Shown: positions 49,801 to 58,159 of the stretch, piece after piece
Layout: every line of letters starts with the position of its first letter
Numbering within the stretch: the stretch's first letter is position 1
Origin: Octopus bimaculoides
Lineage: Eukaryota
Assembly: GCF_001194135.2 (NCBI RefSeq)
Contig: NC_068998.1
Location: 29,203,337-29,267,336 of the forward strand
DNA length: 64,000 nt
Direction: 5' to 3'
The notes under the pieces: generated by a model
What the model saw: only the letters and a program-made list of their open reading frames with translations
Told to the model about the DNA's origin: nothing
The model's database searches: none
Made by a program: the position numbers and the translations under genes

Positions 49801-51862
49801 CCAGGGTGGAGCACTAAGGTAGAAAGTTTTTCAAGAAGGTTCTTATGCCAGACATAGTCAATTACTTTGTTGATGTTAAAAGCATCACTTTGCTTTCACC
49901 AAAGTTTTCAAGGGCAGGATTTAATTTTTGTGAAGTGGAAGAGAAGCTCTCAGAAACCACACTGATTACTAAGAAAGGAAATAGATTTAAGGATGAAGGT
50001 ACAGTCAGGTTAAAAAAAAAAAAAAAGATTTCAGGCCTGAGACTGAAGAGGTTTCTAATACAGAAACACATATTCCAAAAACAGACTACACTAAGTTTTA
50101 TATGGAATTGTAAATTTCTAGACAATGTGGAGAGAAGAGTGTGATAGGGTTGGTAATCAAATGTAATAGACCTATATAGTACATGATAATGTTGGCAGAT
50201 TCATTAATGGAAACTGTCTGGAAAGTATAAATTTAAAAGCATAAACATCAGGCCCTAAAACGTCCCTTGCAATTTCAATATCTAATGTATCCATACATAA
50301 GAAAATAGGAACCCAGACATTGTTATTGTGTATAACAATGCAAGACTATGATAAATCCTTAACAATGTAGATAATGCAACTGAATACAAGAAAACATTGA
50401 GGATGATCAGAGTTTCCTGAATAAAATTGAAACTAATAAAGAAAGACTTGTAATTTTAGTAGTCAAGGAATGTTCCACACTAGATTTGATAAGATTAAGG
50501 TCATTACTATCATTGTAGTTGGCACTATCATCATCATTTTTATGTCTGCTTTTTTTCATGCTTTCATGGATTGGATAAAATTTCTTGAGGAGTATTTTTT
50601 GGCCAGAAGCCCTTCCAGATACTTGTTTTCAAGACATCAGGTCAAGCCTGTTCTGATTTGTTCATCCTGATCATACCAGCATTATAATCCACCACTTAGG
50701 AGATTAGGAAAGTATCCTGTGAAGGTTTTTTGCTGAACAGCCAACCTATTGGCAGATGAGTTGAAAAGAGTTCCTGGCATAGAGACAGTCACTGAATGAA
50801 TGACTATTTTCAAATAAGGTATTTTATTCCTCTGGTCTTTACATACTAAGTTATAGGACATATTGTTTATGCAGGACATAAACAAATGTCACCATTGCCC
50901 AAGAGATATCAATTGTGAAGACATGCACATACAAGCACATAAACACAACAGTTTCTGTACAGTTTTTGGCTACCATAAATCACTCATGCAGCATTGGTTA
51001 AATAAAGTCTATGAGAAGACAGCTGCCCAAGGTGCCATGAAGAGGGATCAAACTTAAAAGCATGTAGATATGAAGTGAACTTCTTAACTACATAGCCATG
51101 CCAAGACCATTATTTCTAATTAGTAGCATTGTTACAAAAATGTCTAATATTGAGAAAAATGTTAGGGGTTTACTTTGGTAAATTAAATCAATTTATAATA
51201 TATTAGCACCAAAAATTACTAGTTGCAATTTTCTCCCAATCAAACACTCTCCAGCATAACATAAAAACAAGAAAAGGAAATTATAAAATAGAATAATAAT
51301 GTTAATTATTTATTACTCAGAAATGAAGTTGCAGACTTAGAAATCCACCTTCAACACACACACATAGATCACCAAAAGGTGAGCCATCAGTGGAACCTCT
51401 ACATAGTTGCTCGGCTTAAAAATATACCAACCAAATCTCCATTAAATCACACCCTATTGTATTAAGAAGGGAAAAACATAATAATGTATTCTTAGATACA
51501 TTATGTCAAGATAAAATGGAGAAGACAGCAGGTGTATCTTTGATTACTGGTCTTAAGGATCAAGGCTGATCTGGGGTTCAACAAACATACTCACAAATCT
51601 TCAACTAGTGACTGCACACTATAGCATAGCAAACTTAAGTGTGTATGATTGATGGGAAAGTAAGTCTAAAGATAATAGTAGAGGGTGAGAAACATCTCTA
51701 TTTATAAATTCTCCAAAATCTTAGAAGATACTCTGAGACAATAAAGGAGATATTACAGCAAGTTGACTCACCGAAAATCACTTGGATCAAGTCGTATTGC
51801 TTCTGTGAAAAGATCTATAGCAGCGGCATAATGACCCATTTGTGCCATTTCATTACCTCGAA
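9744..51862 (-). CDS. TTC31: Partial multi-exon gene (8 exons, 734 nt) encoding a TTC31-like protein: 3xTPR + UBA-like + RRM
   Basis: Exons spliced by hand give RGNEMAQMGHYAAAIDLFTEAIRLDPSDFRFFGNRSYCYERIQQYDKALKDAEKSISISSNWPKGFFRKGRALAGQKQYSKAEEAFLQVIRLDKNCEDARQELLKVQMHQLAEMGFTKLQAEAAITQYGTVQTALDSLLAGIVADNLNNGLGSEKEFSINNMNHITINSSCSSPMDTKMDPANPEGLTALWVGNVLPEVSEKKLNQLFSRYGPLSSVRCLPDRFCAFINFKTKESAGKAMNSLQ. All seven introns are GT-AG with compatible phases and there is no stop. The TPR block resembles TTC31 as I recall it (DxRxFGNRSxCxER, WPxGxFRxGxAL). The symbol comes from recalled similarity, not a search. Confidence 0.8.
11415..13570 (+). mobile_element. RTE LINE, RT through 3' tail, decayed
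   Basis: MQFDYVSGKSATNAIFTVRQLQEKYLAKNKPLYLAFIDLEKAFDRVP (11450-11641), VGIHQGSVLSPLLF, HADDLVL (~11825), Cys-rich finger (~11935-12070), (GAT)n tail at ~13548-13568. Confidence 0.9.
13748..13837 (-). CDS. TTC31: Exon, RRM N-half with RNP2 (90 nt, phase 2 to 2)
   Basis: ttatttatag|C CCA GCA AAT...TCA AG|gtaagt; PANPEGLTALWVGNVLPEVSEKKLNQLFS. Confidence 0.93.
14765..14850 (-). mobile_element. Small CR1/Jockey-type LINE C-terminal remnant
   Basis: RKFFTSDQLLTKYKVQIKPAMEYG resembles the LLTLYKxxIRPxLEY motif found after the RT domain. Confidence 0.5.
15170..16330 (-). mobile_element. RTE LINE, late RT through 3' tail
   Basis: EEFKTGCLWELLYADDLALIAES (~16260-16325), Cys-rich finger (~15995-16128), ORFs 15747-15929 and 15501-15746, (CAT)n at 15172-15188. 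Confidence 0.9.
16405..16880 (-). mobile_element. RTE LINE 3' UTR with GC-rich repeated units (younger subfamily)
   Basis: (cat)n tail at 16407-16424; units tttacgtgccacc...ggcactggc; retains CpGs. Confidence 0.75.
18113..18330 (+). mobile_element. tRNA-derived SINE, family 2
   Basis: aggctgcaagctggcagaattgttagcac...gagttcaaattccgccaaggtcaactttgcctttcatc...aaataccagt...ggggtcaatgtaattg...gccttt...agaaaggattat. Copies also at 40708-40900 (+), 21790-21950 (-), 30095-30240 (-) and 52020-52150 (-). Confidence 0.7.
18770..19790. repeat. AT-rich dispersed repeat in direct and inverted copies, carrying decayed hammerhead-like motifs
   Basis: 19660-19745 is the reverse complement of 19168-19260 (and of 18775-18868). 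The block ttatgtatagta...cccttaatataaataaat recurs at 18869, 19262 and 19748. Confidence 0.65.
19850..20075 (+). mobile_element. SINE family 1, 3' half
   Basis: ttgacaactgatgttggtgtgttt...aataagcaccagg...aataagtccaggggtc...ggtgctccagcatggc...aaatgattgaaacaagtaaaa matches 43330-43503. Confidence 0.7.
21535..21633. mobile_element. 99-bp MITE with ~30-bp TIRs, 9-bp TSD and a (CCCTAA)n core (Mutator-like by TSD length)
   Basis: Left TIR GTAAATCTTGAGATTAACACCCGCACGATT (21535-21564); right TIR reverse complement GTTAAATTTTCAGATTAATACCCGCACGATT (21603-21633); AATCTTTTT on both sides (21526-21534, 21634-21642); ctaaccctaaccctaaccctaac inside; paralogous empty site at ~22136-22156. Confidence 0.8.
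22267..23753 (+). mobile_element. Non-autonomous Helitron (interior partly in a gap)
   Basis: A|TCTTAATATATAA 5' end; 3' hairpin ACCCGGACAACGTCGGGT (23725-23742) 7 nt before CTAG|T; no TSD; the paralogous site at 21691-21700 reads gcccA|Tatat. Confidence 0.85.
23899..24063. mobile_element. Short element with a degenerate telomere-like core and imperfect terminal inverted repeats
   Basis: ctagggttaaggttagggctagttttagtgttagttagggt at ~23968-24008; atacagagaagtac vs gtacgtaactcctgtat at the ends. Confidence 0.4.
25005..25116 (-). CDS. TTC31: Exon, low-complexity linker (112 nt, phase 1 to 2)
   Basis: ttttcattttag|TG GCT GAC...ATG GA|gtaagt; open frame ADNLNNGLGSEKEFSINNMNHITINSSCSSPMDTKM. Its phases exactly bridge the UBA and RRM exons. 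Confidence 0.85.
25175..25770 (-). mobile_element. RTE LINE 3' fragment
   Basis: NDLRGKLGVRGIRCCVQEKRLHWFGHVMHTDEDSCAKKCRALIMEGTCGRGRSRKTWDEVV (ORF 25578-25811), with a (CAT)n tail ending ~60 nt from the acceptor of exon 25116. Confidence 0.85.
26780..27345. mobile_element. Two head-to-head Tc1/mariner (DD..D type) transposase 3' fragments
   Basis: Plus copy: LDLTSLDFFLWGYLKERVYVNKPETLVQLKENINREI (27140-27255). Minus copy: WFQQDGVTAHTTRETMQLLRQ...NVNWP...DMTNLDFFLW (~27105-26960). 26800-26990 is the reverse complement of 27145-27335. Confidence 0.85.
28200..28560 (-). mobile_element. Highly decayed LINE remnant (CR1/Jockey-like 3' region)
   Basis: HLPLDKENVLFINSALLRHFMKSVLA weakly resembles LLDRxQxRAxRLIN...L...RRxVA; no splice-compatible exon found. 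Confidence 0.35.
29733..29823 (-). CDS. TTC31: Exon, UBA-like domain (91 nt, phase 0 to 1)
   Basis: gttccag|GAA ATG GGT TTT...ATT G|gtaaat; EMGFTKLQAEAAITQYGTVQTALDSLLAGI, with the UBA MGF motif and a terminal LL. Confidence 0.92.
30356..30688. mobile_element. 333-bp MITE with 88-bp TIRs flanked by TTAA (Kolobok/piggyBac-like)
   Basis: Left arm 30356-30443 and right arm 30601-30688 are inverted copies with scattered mismatches; TTAA at 30352-30355 and 30689-30692. Confidence 0.75.
30790..31455 (-). mobile_element. RTE-clade LINE fragment (second family), linker and early RT
   Basis: ORF 31093-31455 EEVPPIMVSKIENIPKLMETNKAPRKYSMTVEMLRYGGEGLWKTLVLCFNLYLKKGKI matches KAPGxDGITxEML..GG; it is followed by DKEDLRNYCSICL. 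Confidence 0.75.
31472..31511 (+). ncRNA. Minimal type I hammerhead-ribozyme-like motif (PLE/retrozyme type), one extra A in the core
   Basis: GGC-C(A)TGACGA-AGGG AAATAG CCCT-GAA-ACTCGAGT-C-GCC: 3-bp stem I, perfect 4-bp stem II, fully palindromic stem III, GUC cleavage triplet. Confidence 0.65.
32630..32935 (+). mobile_element. RTE LINE ORF2 end and 3' UTR with tandem GC-rich units
   Basis: ttgggcctcaccgaggcgatgactactgaccgagacctttggaaatgtgctgtgcgtgagaagacc (ORF end) followed by repeated gccagtgcccctggactggct...gcgggtggcaca units; runs into a gap. Confidence 0.75.
33629..33965 (-). mobile_element. Mariner transposon 5' end (TIR + transposase HTH N-terminus); remainder probably in gap 32937-33628
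   Basis: ATG at 33784: MEDKKVHFRHLMLFFFRKGKNASQATKEICAVYGDVSLSERTVRKWFARFR. TIR reads TA-TTGGGTTGTCCGGAAAGTTCGTG on the minus strand at ~33941-33965. Confidence 0.9.
34030..34570 (+). mobile_element. RTE LINE 3' end with internal duplication of the ORF terminus
   Basis: tgggcctcacagaggcaatgac...cttgagaagac appears at ~34038-34120 and again at ~34215-34330; (GAT)n tail at ~34557-34571. Confidence 0.7.
35628..35732 (-). CDS. TTC31: Exon, TPR3 and capping helix (105 nt, phase 0 to 0)
   Basis: attattgtag|CAA TAT TCT...CTT GCT|gtaagt; QYSKAEEAFLQVIRLDKNCEDARQELLKVQMHQLA. Confidence 0.93.
36250..37000 (-). mobile_element. Old, divergent RTE RT fragment
   Basis: FFGFVTWEKAFDRVL (~36870-36915) and RKWPSTVCRKVGVNSMKYTIHAGWTHQKYSSLGG...FKCEMC (ORF 36308-36598), a degenerate form of the Cys-rich finger. 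Confidence 0.6.
37684..37774 (-). CDS. TTC31: Exon, TPR2/TPR3 (91 nt, phase 2 to 0)
   Basis: gatttctag|A GCC TTA AAA...CAA AAA|gtgagt; ALKDAEKSISISSNWPKGFFRKGRALAGQK. Confidence 0.94.
39780..40125 (+). mobile_element. LINE 3' end (RTE-like) with (AAGC)n tail
   Basis: AAGWKRPCGRPYTRWLDVIGEDLQRLNITLEDVEGLAQNHQ*WRAVV (~39890-40030) is a typical RTE ORF2 terminus. Confidence 0.65.
40345..40680. repeat. Degenerate ~19-bp minisatellite (consensus approximately TGAAGACTAACTTATTAGT)
   Basis: The gaagactaa / gaagattaa / aaagactaa core recurs about every 19 nt, for roughly 15 or more units. Confidence 0.7.
40708..40900 (+). mobile_element. SINE family 2
   Basis: aggcagaaagctggcagaattgttagcacgccagg...aggtcaactttacctttcatccctt...gataaaataagtaccagt...ctggccttgtaccaagatttgaaacc; homologous to 18113-18330. 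Confidence 0.7.
40930..42100 (-). mobile_element. Decayed RTE LINE RT/C-terminal region
   Basis: gatctggaaaagacc (DLEKT), ggtatgcatcagagcc (GMHQ) and ctcaatctatc (LxYADD position), Cys-finger remnant at ~41560-41690, then GWKTSMEPLSLLAARISL. Confidence 0.65.
42733..42783 (-). CDS. TTC31: Exon, TPR2 N-half (51 nt, phase 2 to 2)
   Basis: ttctttctccag|A TTC TTT GGG AAT CGT...GAC AA|gtaagt; FFGNRSYCYERIQQYD. Confidence 0.93.
43113..43503 (+). mobile_element. Full-length tRNA-derived SINE, family 1
   Basis: A-box-like ggttgtgtggtaag, B-box-like ggttcattcc, caccttgggcaagtgtcttctactatagcc core, (TG)n interior, tail aaatgactgaaacaagtaaaaagag. Confidence 0.8.
43530..47300 (-). mobile_element. Near-full-length decayed RTE LINE: APE endonuclease, RT, Cys finger, C-terminus, 3' UTR
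   Basis: APE: TTMKGRSNKIVKLLEWRCVDLCCIQEIRW (47047-47316) and EDFN...LIICSTNFKK (46692-46913). RT: GVVSKVRVSNKFNNKFDVQVGVHQVLFLSSLL (45373-45600). C-terminus 44517-44789. Confidence 0.85.
47640..48060 (+). mobile_element. RTE LINE 3' fragment, inverted relative to the adjacent near-full-length copy
   Basis: DIRCSMQERKLHWSEHVMRM...MTKDWNVWQYVTLEKT; (cat)n-like tail at 48057-48070. Confidence 0.7.
51772..51862 (-). CDS. TTC31: Exon, TPR1 (91 nt, phase 1 to 2)
   Basis: ttcctgcag|TT CGA GGT AAT...GAT TTT CG|gtgagt; RGNEMAQMGHYAAAIDLFTEAIRLDPSDF. Confidence 0.93.
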
Positions 51863-51880
51863 CTGCAGGAAAAGATAAAT

Positions 51881-51926
<46 letters not shown>

Positions 51927-52569
51927 GATGATGATCATGATGATGGCAATAATAACAATGAATTCTTAGTCTGACACAAGGCTATACATTTTAAGGGAGG
52001 GATCAATTAATTACAATGAAACCCACTCCCTTAGTAACTGCCTGGTACTTATTTTGTTGATTCATGAAGGAAGAAAAATAAAGTCAATTGGGGTGGGATT
52101 GGAATTCAGAATGTACAGGGAGTTCTTTAAATGCTGCAAGATGTTTAATCCACTACTCTACTAATTCTCTCAAATAACCACCATCACTACTATCACAGCA
52201 ACAACAACAACAATAGTGGCTTCTTTGAGGTTTATATCATAATTTTTGCTGAATTTACCTTAAGGACTCCCAATTATGGGTTTTGCTTCCATGCCTAGAA
52301 TTTTATCTCTTACTACAGATTCATCTGTAAGAACTAGATCACCAATGCATAAGCATGGGCAGATGGTTTTACCCTTTTTGATATCAACCCTTCAGAGACT
52401 GTCCCTGGCTCAGTAGTACAAATGTCTTGTTTCTGAAAGTTCTGAATTAAATTCTTCCATCAAAATTTAGTGTTAATTTATGTTCCTAACACCAGCTTCA
52501 TAATAACAAAGTTTTGTTGTGTCTAGGGAGAGTTATAATGCCAATATAAATTAAAATAAACACATGCAA

Positions 52570-53756
52570 TTAATCAGTTGTTAGTTTTCTGTCAGAGTCC
52601 TTCTGACGCTATTCATGACCTCATCAATGATATACCCTCAGTCCTCAAAGTCAGCTTTGAGTCCGTCTGAGAACTAGTGTGTGTGTATGCATATGTATGT
52701 ACATACATATCTGTATGTATAGATGTGTGAGTGTTTACTTGTGTAAGTGCATTCTGGTATATTGTGTGCATTCTGGTGTGTATGTGCATATGTGCATTAT
52801 GTGTGTGTAGCTGGTTATTTTTTTGAATAGGTAAGTGCATGTATATTTGCATTTGTGCATTCTTATATATGTGTATGTGTGTGTACTTTTTCACATATGA
52901 TTGTGTGAGGGATAGCCCATTGTCTTTTATAATAGGTAACCATCTATGTGTATATGTTCCTGCATGTGTGTGTACATATGTGTGCAAGGATGTTTGTGGT
53001 TGTGTTCTTGTGTGTGTTTTCAAGTGTGTATGTGTGTGCATGGATGTGTATGGTTGCATACTGGAATTGTTTATAATCTATGAACTGTGCATCATGTTGT
53101 CATTGTAGTTCCACCCTATATATGCCTACCTATACCCACACATACCCTCCCATCCGCACAGATGTACACACACCCACACTGCATGTGTGCTGCATGGGTA
53201 ATGGTAGTGGTATTGTGGTTGTATTATTTACTAAGTATATTTTCTATTTACTGTTGGCATTGTCTCACTTATGAGAACAGACTCATGCATCTGTTTTAGC
53301 ATTGAATCACTCAGACTAATTTGATCCAGCATACTACTATGTTGATCTCTGCCATGTTGGTAAAACTAAATAGAAAATATACACATTAAATAATAGAACC
53401 ACAACACCACTACCACTACCCATGCAACACATATGCAATGTAGGTGTGGGTACATCCGTGTGGTTGGGAGGGCATGGTGTGGATATATGTAGGCATATAT
53501 AGACATATTAGAATGACAGCAGGCTACAAAGAAATCCATAAAGATAAATACATGTAATTATTAACAAGTCCAGTACACAACCACACATGCAACCACATAC
53601 ACACATCCATGCATGCATGCAGGTGCACACGCATGAGCACACACACACACACACACATGAAAACATACACACAGATGATGACCTATTCAAAAACCTACTG
53701 ACTACACCACATTCACACACACAACAGAATGCACACACAAGTAAACACTTATGCAC

Positions 53757-53794
<38 letters not shown>

Positions 53795-54065
53795 GACTAG
53801 TTCTCAGACAGACTCAAAGGAGACCTTGAAAAGTGAGAGTATGCCATTGATGAGGTTGTGAATAGCAACGAAAGGACTTTGACAGAGAAAACTAACAACC
53901 AACTGATTGTTAAATCAACACATTAAACAAACCACTGGATAGTTAGTTGGTAAAATGAAGAAATGGTATTGAACCAGTGTGTGTGTGTATATTTTAATTG
54001 TTATTGGTATAATGACCCTCCCAAGACACAAGATCTGTTTCAACACAGGAATTCACATCAAGAAT
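52570..54065. repeat. Large imperfect palindrome made of two copies of the CA-rich repeat family
   Basis: The reverse complement of 52573-52680 matches 53785-53910, and that of 53060-53260 matches 53360-53590; central spacer ~80-100 nt. Confidence 0.8.
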
Positions 54066-54129
54066 CATGCAAACCAAATACAGAAATGAAGTAAAATAAC
54101 AAAGTTATTTTATTAAATTCTTCATTACA

Positions 54130-54470
54130 TTTAAAAATCAGTTGAAGTAAACACAAAGTATCTCAAAAGAAATATGGTAACAAAAGAGTTAAACCCCTCT
54201 GTGACAGTTTGTAAGACAATAATGAATGAGAGGGAGCTGTGAACTGAATCTTGGTGAACACCTCTCTTCACACTAAATTCATCACTGAAATTGTTGTTGA
54301 CTCTCACTTTACTTACAGCAACCTTGTACATAGATTATTGTGCTATAACTCTCTCCGTGACCATCATAACCTGGTCCAGCAATAAGATATCTTAATAATT
54401 CCCTCTCTCCAAAACATCTCCTTTGCCCTTGGAGCTATGCCAGTCATTGGATTTGACATTATTCTATATT
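54130..54470 (-). mobile_element. RTE RT fragment
   Basis: KGKGDVLERGNY... and LYKVAVSKVRVNNNFSDEFSVKRGVHQDSVHSSLSFIIVLQTVTEGF. Confidence 0.7.
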
Positions 54471-55379
54471 ACTTGATTAACTATTCAAGTAAAATAAAAA
54501 TCCTCTAAGACCATGGAGTACTAGGTTTGCATCTAGCAAGGTAAAGGCGGCTGTATCATAAGGAGGAGGACCTCTTTAGCCTTGGTTGAAATCTTCACAG
54601 AGATGGTGTATTAAAGAAAAAAACTGGTATTAATGCCAACTTCAAACATACTGTAAGACCATCAAGTACTGAGTTGGTATCCAGCAGGGTTAAGTCTGTC
54701 ACATGAGAGGAGGAGAGATTCTTCAGTCATGGTTGTCAACCCTCCAAGAGATGGTATTTCAATGAAAGCACTAGTAACTGTGTCCTTTATTACCACTAAT
54801 TTCCATAACTAGAGTTTAACAATAAACTAGACAACTTTAAAGAAGTAAATGAGAGTGGAAACTCAAGTGAAACTGTCACATCCAGTCAGTGTATTGTGTT
54901 AGAGCAGGCAGTACTTGGTTACATTTGCTTGAAGGAGGATTTATGGTAAGTGAAGATGAAATGAGGAGATTTATACAATTTTGATGGAATGAGCTATAAG
55001 TGAATAAGATAAAGGTGTTGGTGGTAGCATACCCACAAACAGGAAAAACAAAAGTGTGTTAGAGTTGACATAAAATAGAGTAATGAAACAAGCACACAAG
55101 ATCCAAGGCAAAGGTTGAAATAAAAAAGAATCACCAGGTATTGAGGAAAGAGTAAATGAAAACATGTACTTGATGTACAAATACCTGTATATCAAAATAT
55201 ATATTAATATGAGTGCATCTCAGCCTATGAATGTGTGTCATTTTTTTGTGTGTATATCTAAATGGCTCTCAAACTATTATTAAATTCATAAATGTATACT
55301 TGTAGATCACTTTTACCTTTACATGCAGATGTAAAGAAGTAGATAAATGTCAGTCATTTTATATAGATATTCATAGCCC

Positions 55380-57270
55380 TCATCATCATCATCGTTTAGC
55401 ATCCACATTCCATGCTAGCATGGGTGGGACAGTTTCACAAGAGCTGGCCAGGCAGAAGCTTGCACCAGACTTCCGTGACTGTTTTGGCAGGATTTTTACA
55501 GCTGGATGCCCTTCCTAACACCAACCACTTTACATTATGGACTGGGTGCTTTCAAGTGGCACCTGCACTGACAGGGTCACCAAGTACTTGCAAGACAAAA
55601 AAAAATTTTCAAGTGGGGAGGAGGCATTGGAGGAAGTGATCTTGTGTTGGATGAAAGGTTATAGTGAGATAGAAACAGGTGTTTTGCAATAGGAAATACA
55701 CGGTTACCCAACCTGAGGGAAGTGCAGGAGAAGGAGAGAAAGGAGTGGGAGACAGCAGGATAGAGATGGTGGCAAAATGCTGGACATACTCACAAGGAAC
55801 AGGGATCAGAATATAAATGGGATGGTTGAGTAAAGAGAGAGAGTTACAGATGGTGGCAAGTGCCAGGGCATACCCTTGAGGTTCCAACACCATAATATAA
55901 GTTGCAGGTTATTGCGAAAGAAGTGTAATTAAAGAGTACAAGTAGGTGGTGAAAAACTTGCGCATATATAGAGTCAGTGGGGTACTAACAGATAGCAATG
56001 ATACAGAGGAACAGGGCTGTAAGGGCAAGATTGGGGAGTGAAAGCTAGGCATAGTGTATGAAGGAGGAAATGTGAGATAGAGATGTGGAGGTGTAGATTG
56101 CTTTGTTGGGGTAAGGAGGGAAAAGTTTTCTTGTTACATGTGGGTGGAACACACAGGTCAGGGGCTAGCAAATAGCAATAATACAGTGAGACAGGGCATG
56201 TGAGTAGAATACACAGGTTGGGGGGCAAGCAGAGAGTAATGATACAGTGGCACAGGGCCAAGAGGTCCGGATTAGGGAGTAGGAGGTAAGCATAGTGCAT
56301 GAAGTGGAAATGTGAGGAAGAGAAGAGATGTAGTTTGGTTTGTTGTGGTAGAGCGTGCGAAAAGTTTTCTTGTTAAGTGTGGGTGGGACACACAATGCTT
56401 CTAGAAAACTTTTACTGACGTGAGTAGGTATTCTCAAGAACTTCATTTCTCCAGACATCTCGGTCCATTGTCATTTCCTCCATGAGGTCCAATTTCCTGA
56501 GATTGGTCCTTACCACTTCATCCCATGTCTTCCTGGGTCTCCCTCTTCCGCAGGTACTATCCACTTTCAGTGATCAGCACTTCTCTCACTCTGAGAGAGA
56601 GTCCTTTTGTTGCCAACAGAGGTAAAAGTTCTCTGAACTTCCTCCACCCAATTCTTATTCTAAAATCAATACTCTCAGAGCATCTTCCATCATTGCTAAT
56701 TTGATCACCTAGAAAGCAGAAACTATCTACAACCTCAAGAGAGCCTCCTAGGCATTTGAGAGAATCTAAATTCCATGTGCTCTTAGTGTTTATTGTTCCT
56801 GCACATCTGCCACATACGAAGACAACTTTATCTGTGATTCCACTGCACCTCTTATGTGTCCATAGTTTACACTGGGTTCATCAAATAGAATTTCTTCCAA
56901 CTCCTTTCGTACATACCGAGCAGTGCCATTTACCTGACAGAAGGAGAGTTTTATCTTCTTTCTTACTAACAACTACTTTAATCTTAGCTTTAATCTTAGG
57001 TTAACTTTAAGGAGCTTTGATTCCAGGTTCTGTTTCCATACCTGGAATTTCTTCTCCAATTCTGCTAAAGATTCTACAATAAGAACAAGGTCATCAGCAT
57101 ATAGCAGTTCCCATGGGCACCCAGTTTTGAATTCCTCCGTTATGGCCTGGAGAATTATAATGAATAAGAGTGGGCTGAGAACTGAGCCTTGGTGAACTCC
57201 TACCTCAATGCTAAATTCATCACTGTATTCATGGCCGACTCTCACCTTGCTGACAACACCATTGTACATG
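55380..57270 (-). mobile_element. RTE LINE, RT through (CAT)n tail, with internal deletion
   Basis: ORF 56973-57269 MYNGVVSKVRVGHEYSDEFSIEVGVHQGSVLSPLLFIIILQAITEEFKTGCPWELLYADDLVLIVES; finger SGKWHCSVCTKGVGRNS...QCKLWTHKRC; tail at 55380-55393. Confidence 0.9.
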
Positions 57271-57374
57271 GCTTGTGAGTGATTCCACTCATGGGCTTGT
57301 ATATAGGGATATGCATCTATTATGCTTCTAGATATATAATTATTACCATAATGTCTATATCACAATAAACTCGT

Positions 57375-57509
57375 GTGCATGTGTAGTAAGAAGTTTGTTT
57401 CCCATGCACATGGTAGCTTGGGCAAATGTCTTGTAATATAGCTCCAGGCCAATGAAAGCCTTGTGAGTGAATTTGACAGACAGAAACTGCAAGAAGCCCA
57501 TTGTATATA
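57375..57509 (+). mobile_element. SINE family 1, 5' half, interrupted by a mariner MITE at its (TA)n tract
   Basis: gtgtagtaagaagtttg...cttgggcaaatgtctt...aaagccttgtgagtgaatttgacagacagaaactg...gaagccc matches 43120-43265. Confidence 0.65.
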
Positions 57510-57539
57510 TGAGAGGGTGCTGAAAAGTTCCTGACTCTG

Positions 57540-57889
57540 TGTTATAATGTGAATCCTCATCCACTTTTATGTTATTGTCAGCACTGTAATATTCTTGTCG
57601 CCACTATTATGTTGTGGTGGTATTCCATGTCTTATTATCTTTAACTCATCTATTGTGCTATCGCTGATAGCTCTACAAGACAATGACCTTGAAAAGTCTA
57701 ACTTGACAGTAACTCAAACACATATATATCATGTAACTGACACTGACTCCAACTGACACTGACTCCAACTGACAACTCATACAATGACTCTACTACTACT
57801 GACTTGCTATGACTGACTGTCTGACTTTATAGTGGATGATTCATACCACTTTGTCACATGGGAAGGGGTGTACCATTTCCACTATAACA
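57540..57889 (-). repeat. 3' LTR of the Gypsy element (350 bp)
   Basis: Perfect 7-bp terminal inverted repeat TGTTATA/TATAACA; carries a duplicated actgacactgactcca unit absent from the other LTR. Confidence 0.9.
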
Positions 57890-57900
57890 TCTCCTCTTTT
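57890..57900 (-). promoter_or_regulatory. Polypurine tract
   Basis: AAAAGAGGAGA directly abuts the 3' LTR on the minus strand. Confidence 0.8.
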
Positions 57901-58159
57901 AGTCTTTTTTTTTCTTTGAGAAGCAAATAATTTTATTTTACTTTATTCACCCTTCCTCCCATTTTCTGGGGTTTTTTCCAACTTAATATTTTTTCGTTTT
58001 AGCTTCAATTTGTAGGAACTCTGTGTTCTTCCTTTTCCTTCAACTTGTATGCGTGGATTTAACGACCTGTAACGGTGTTGGTACCTGGAATGTGTCATAC
58101 AGCCATTCTATAGGTTCTTCTAATCTGTTTGGTTCATTTTCTATGAATCTCTTCTTCAA

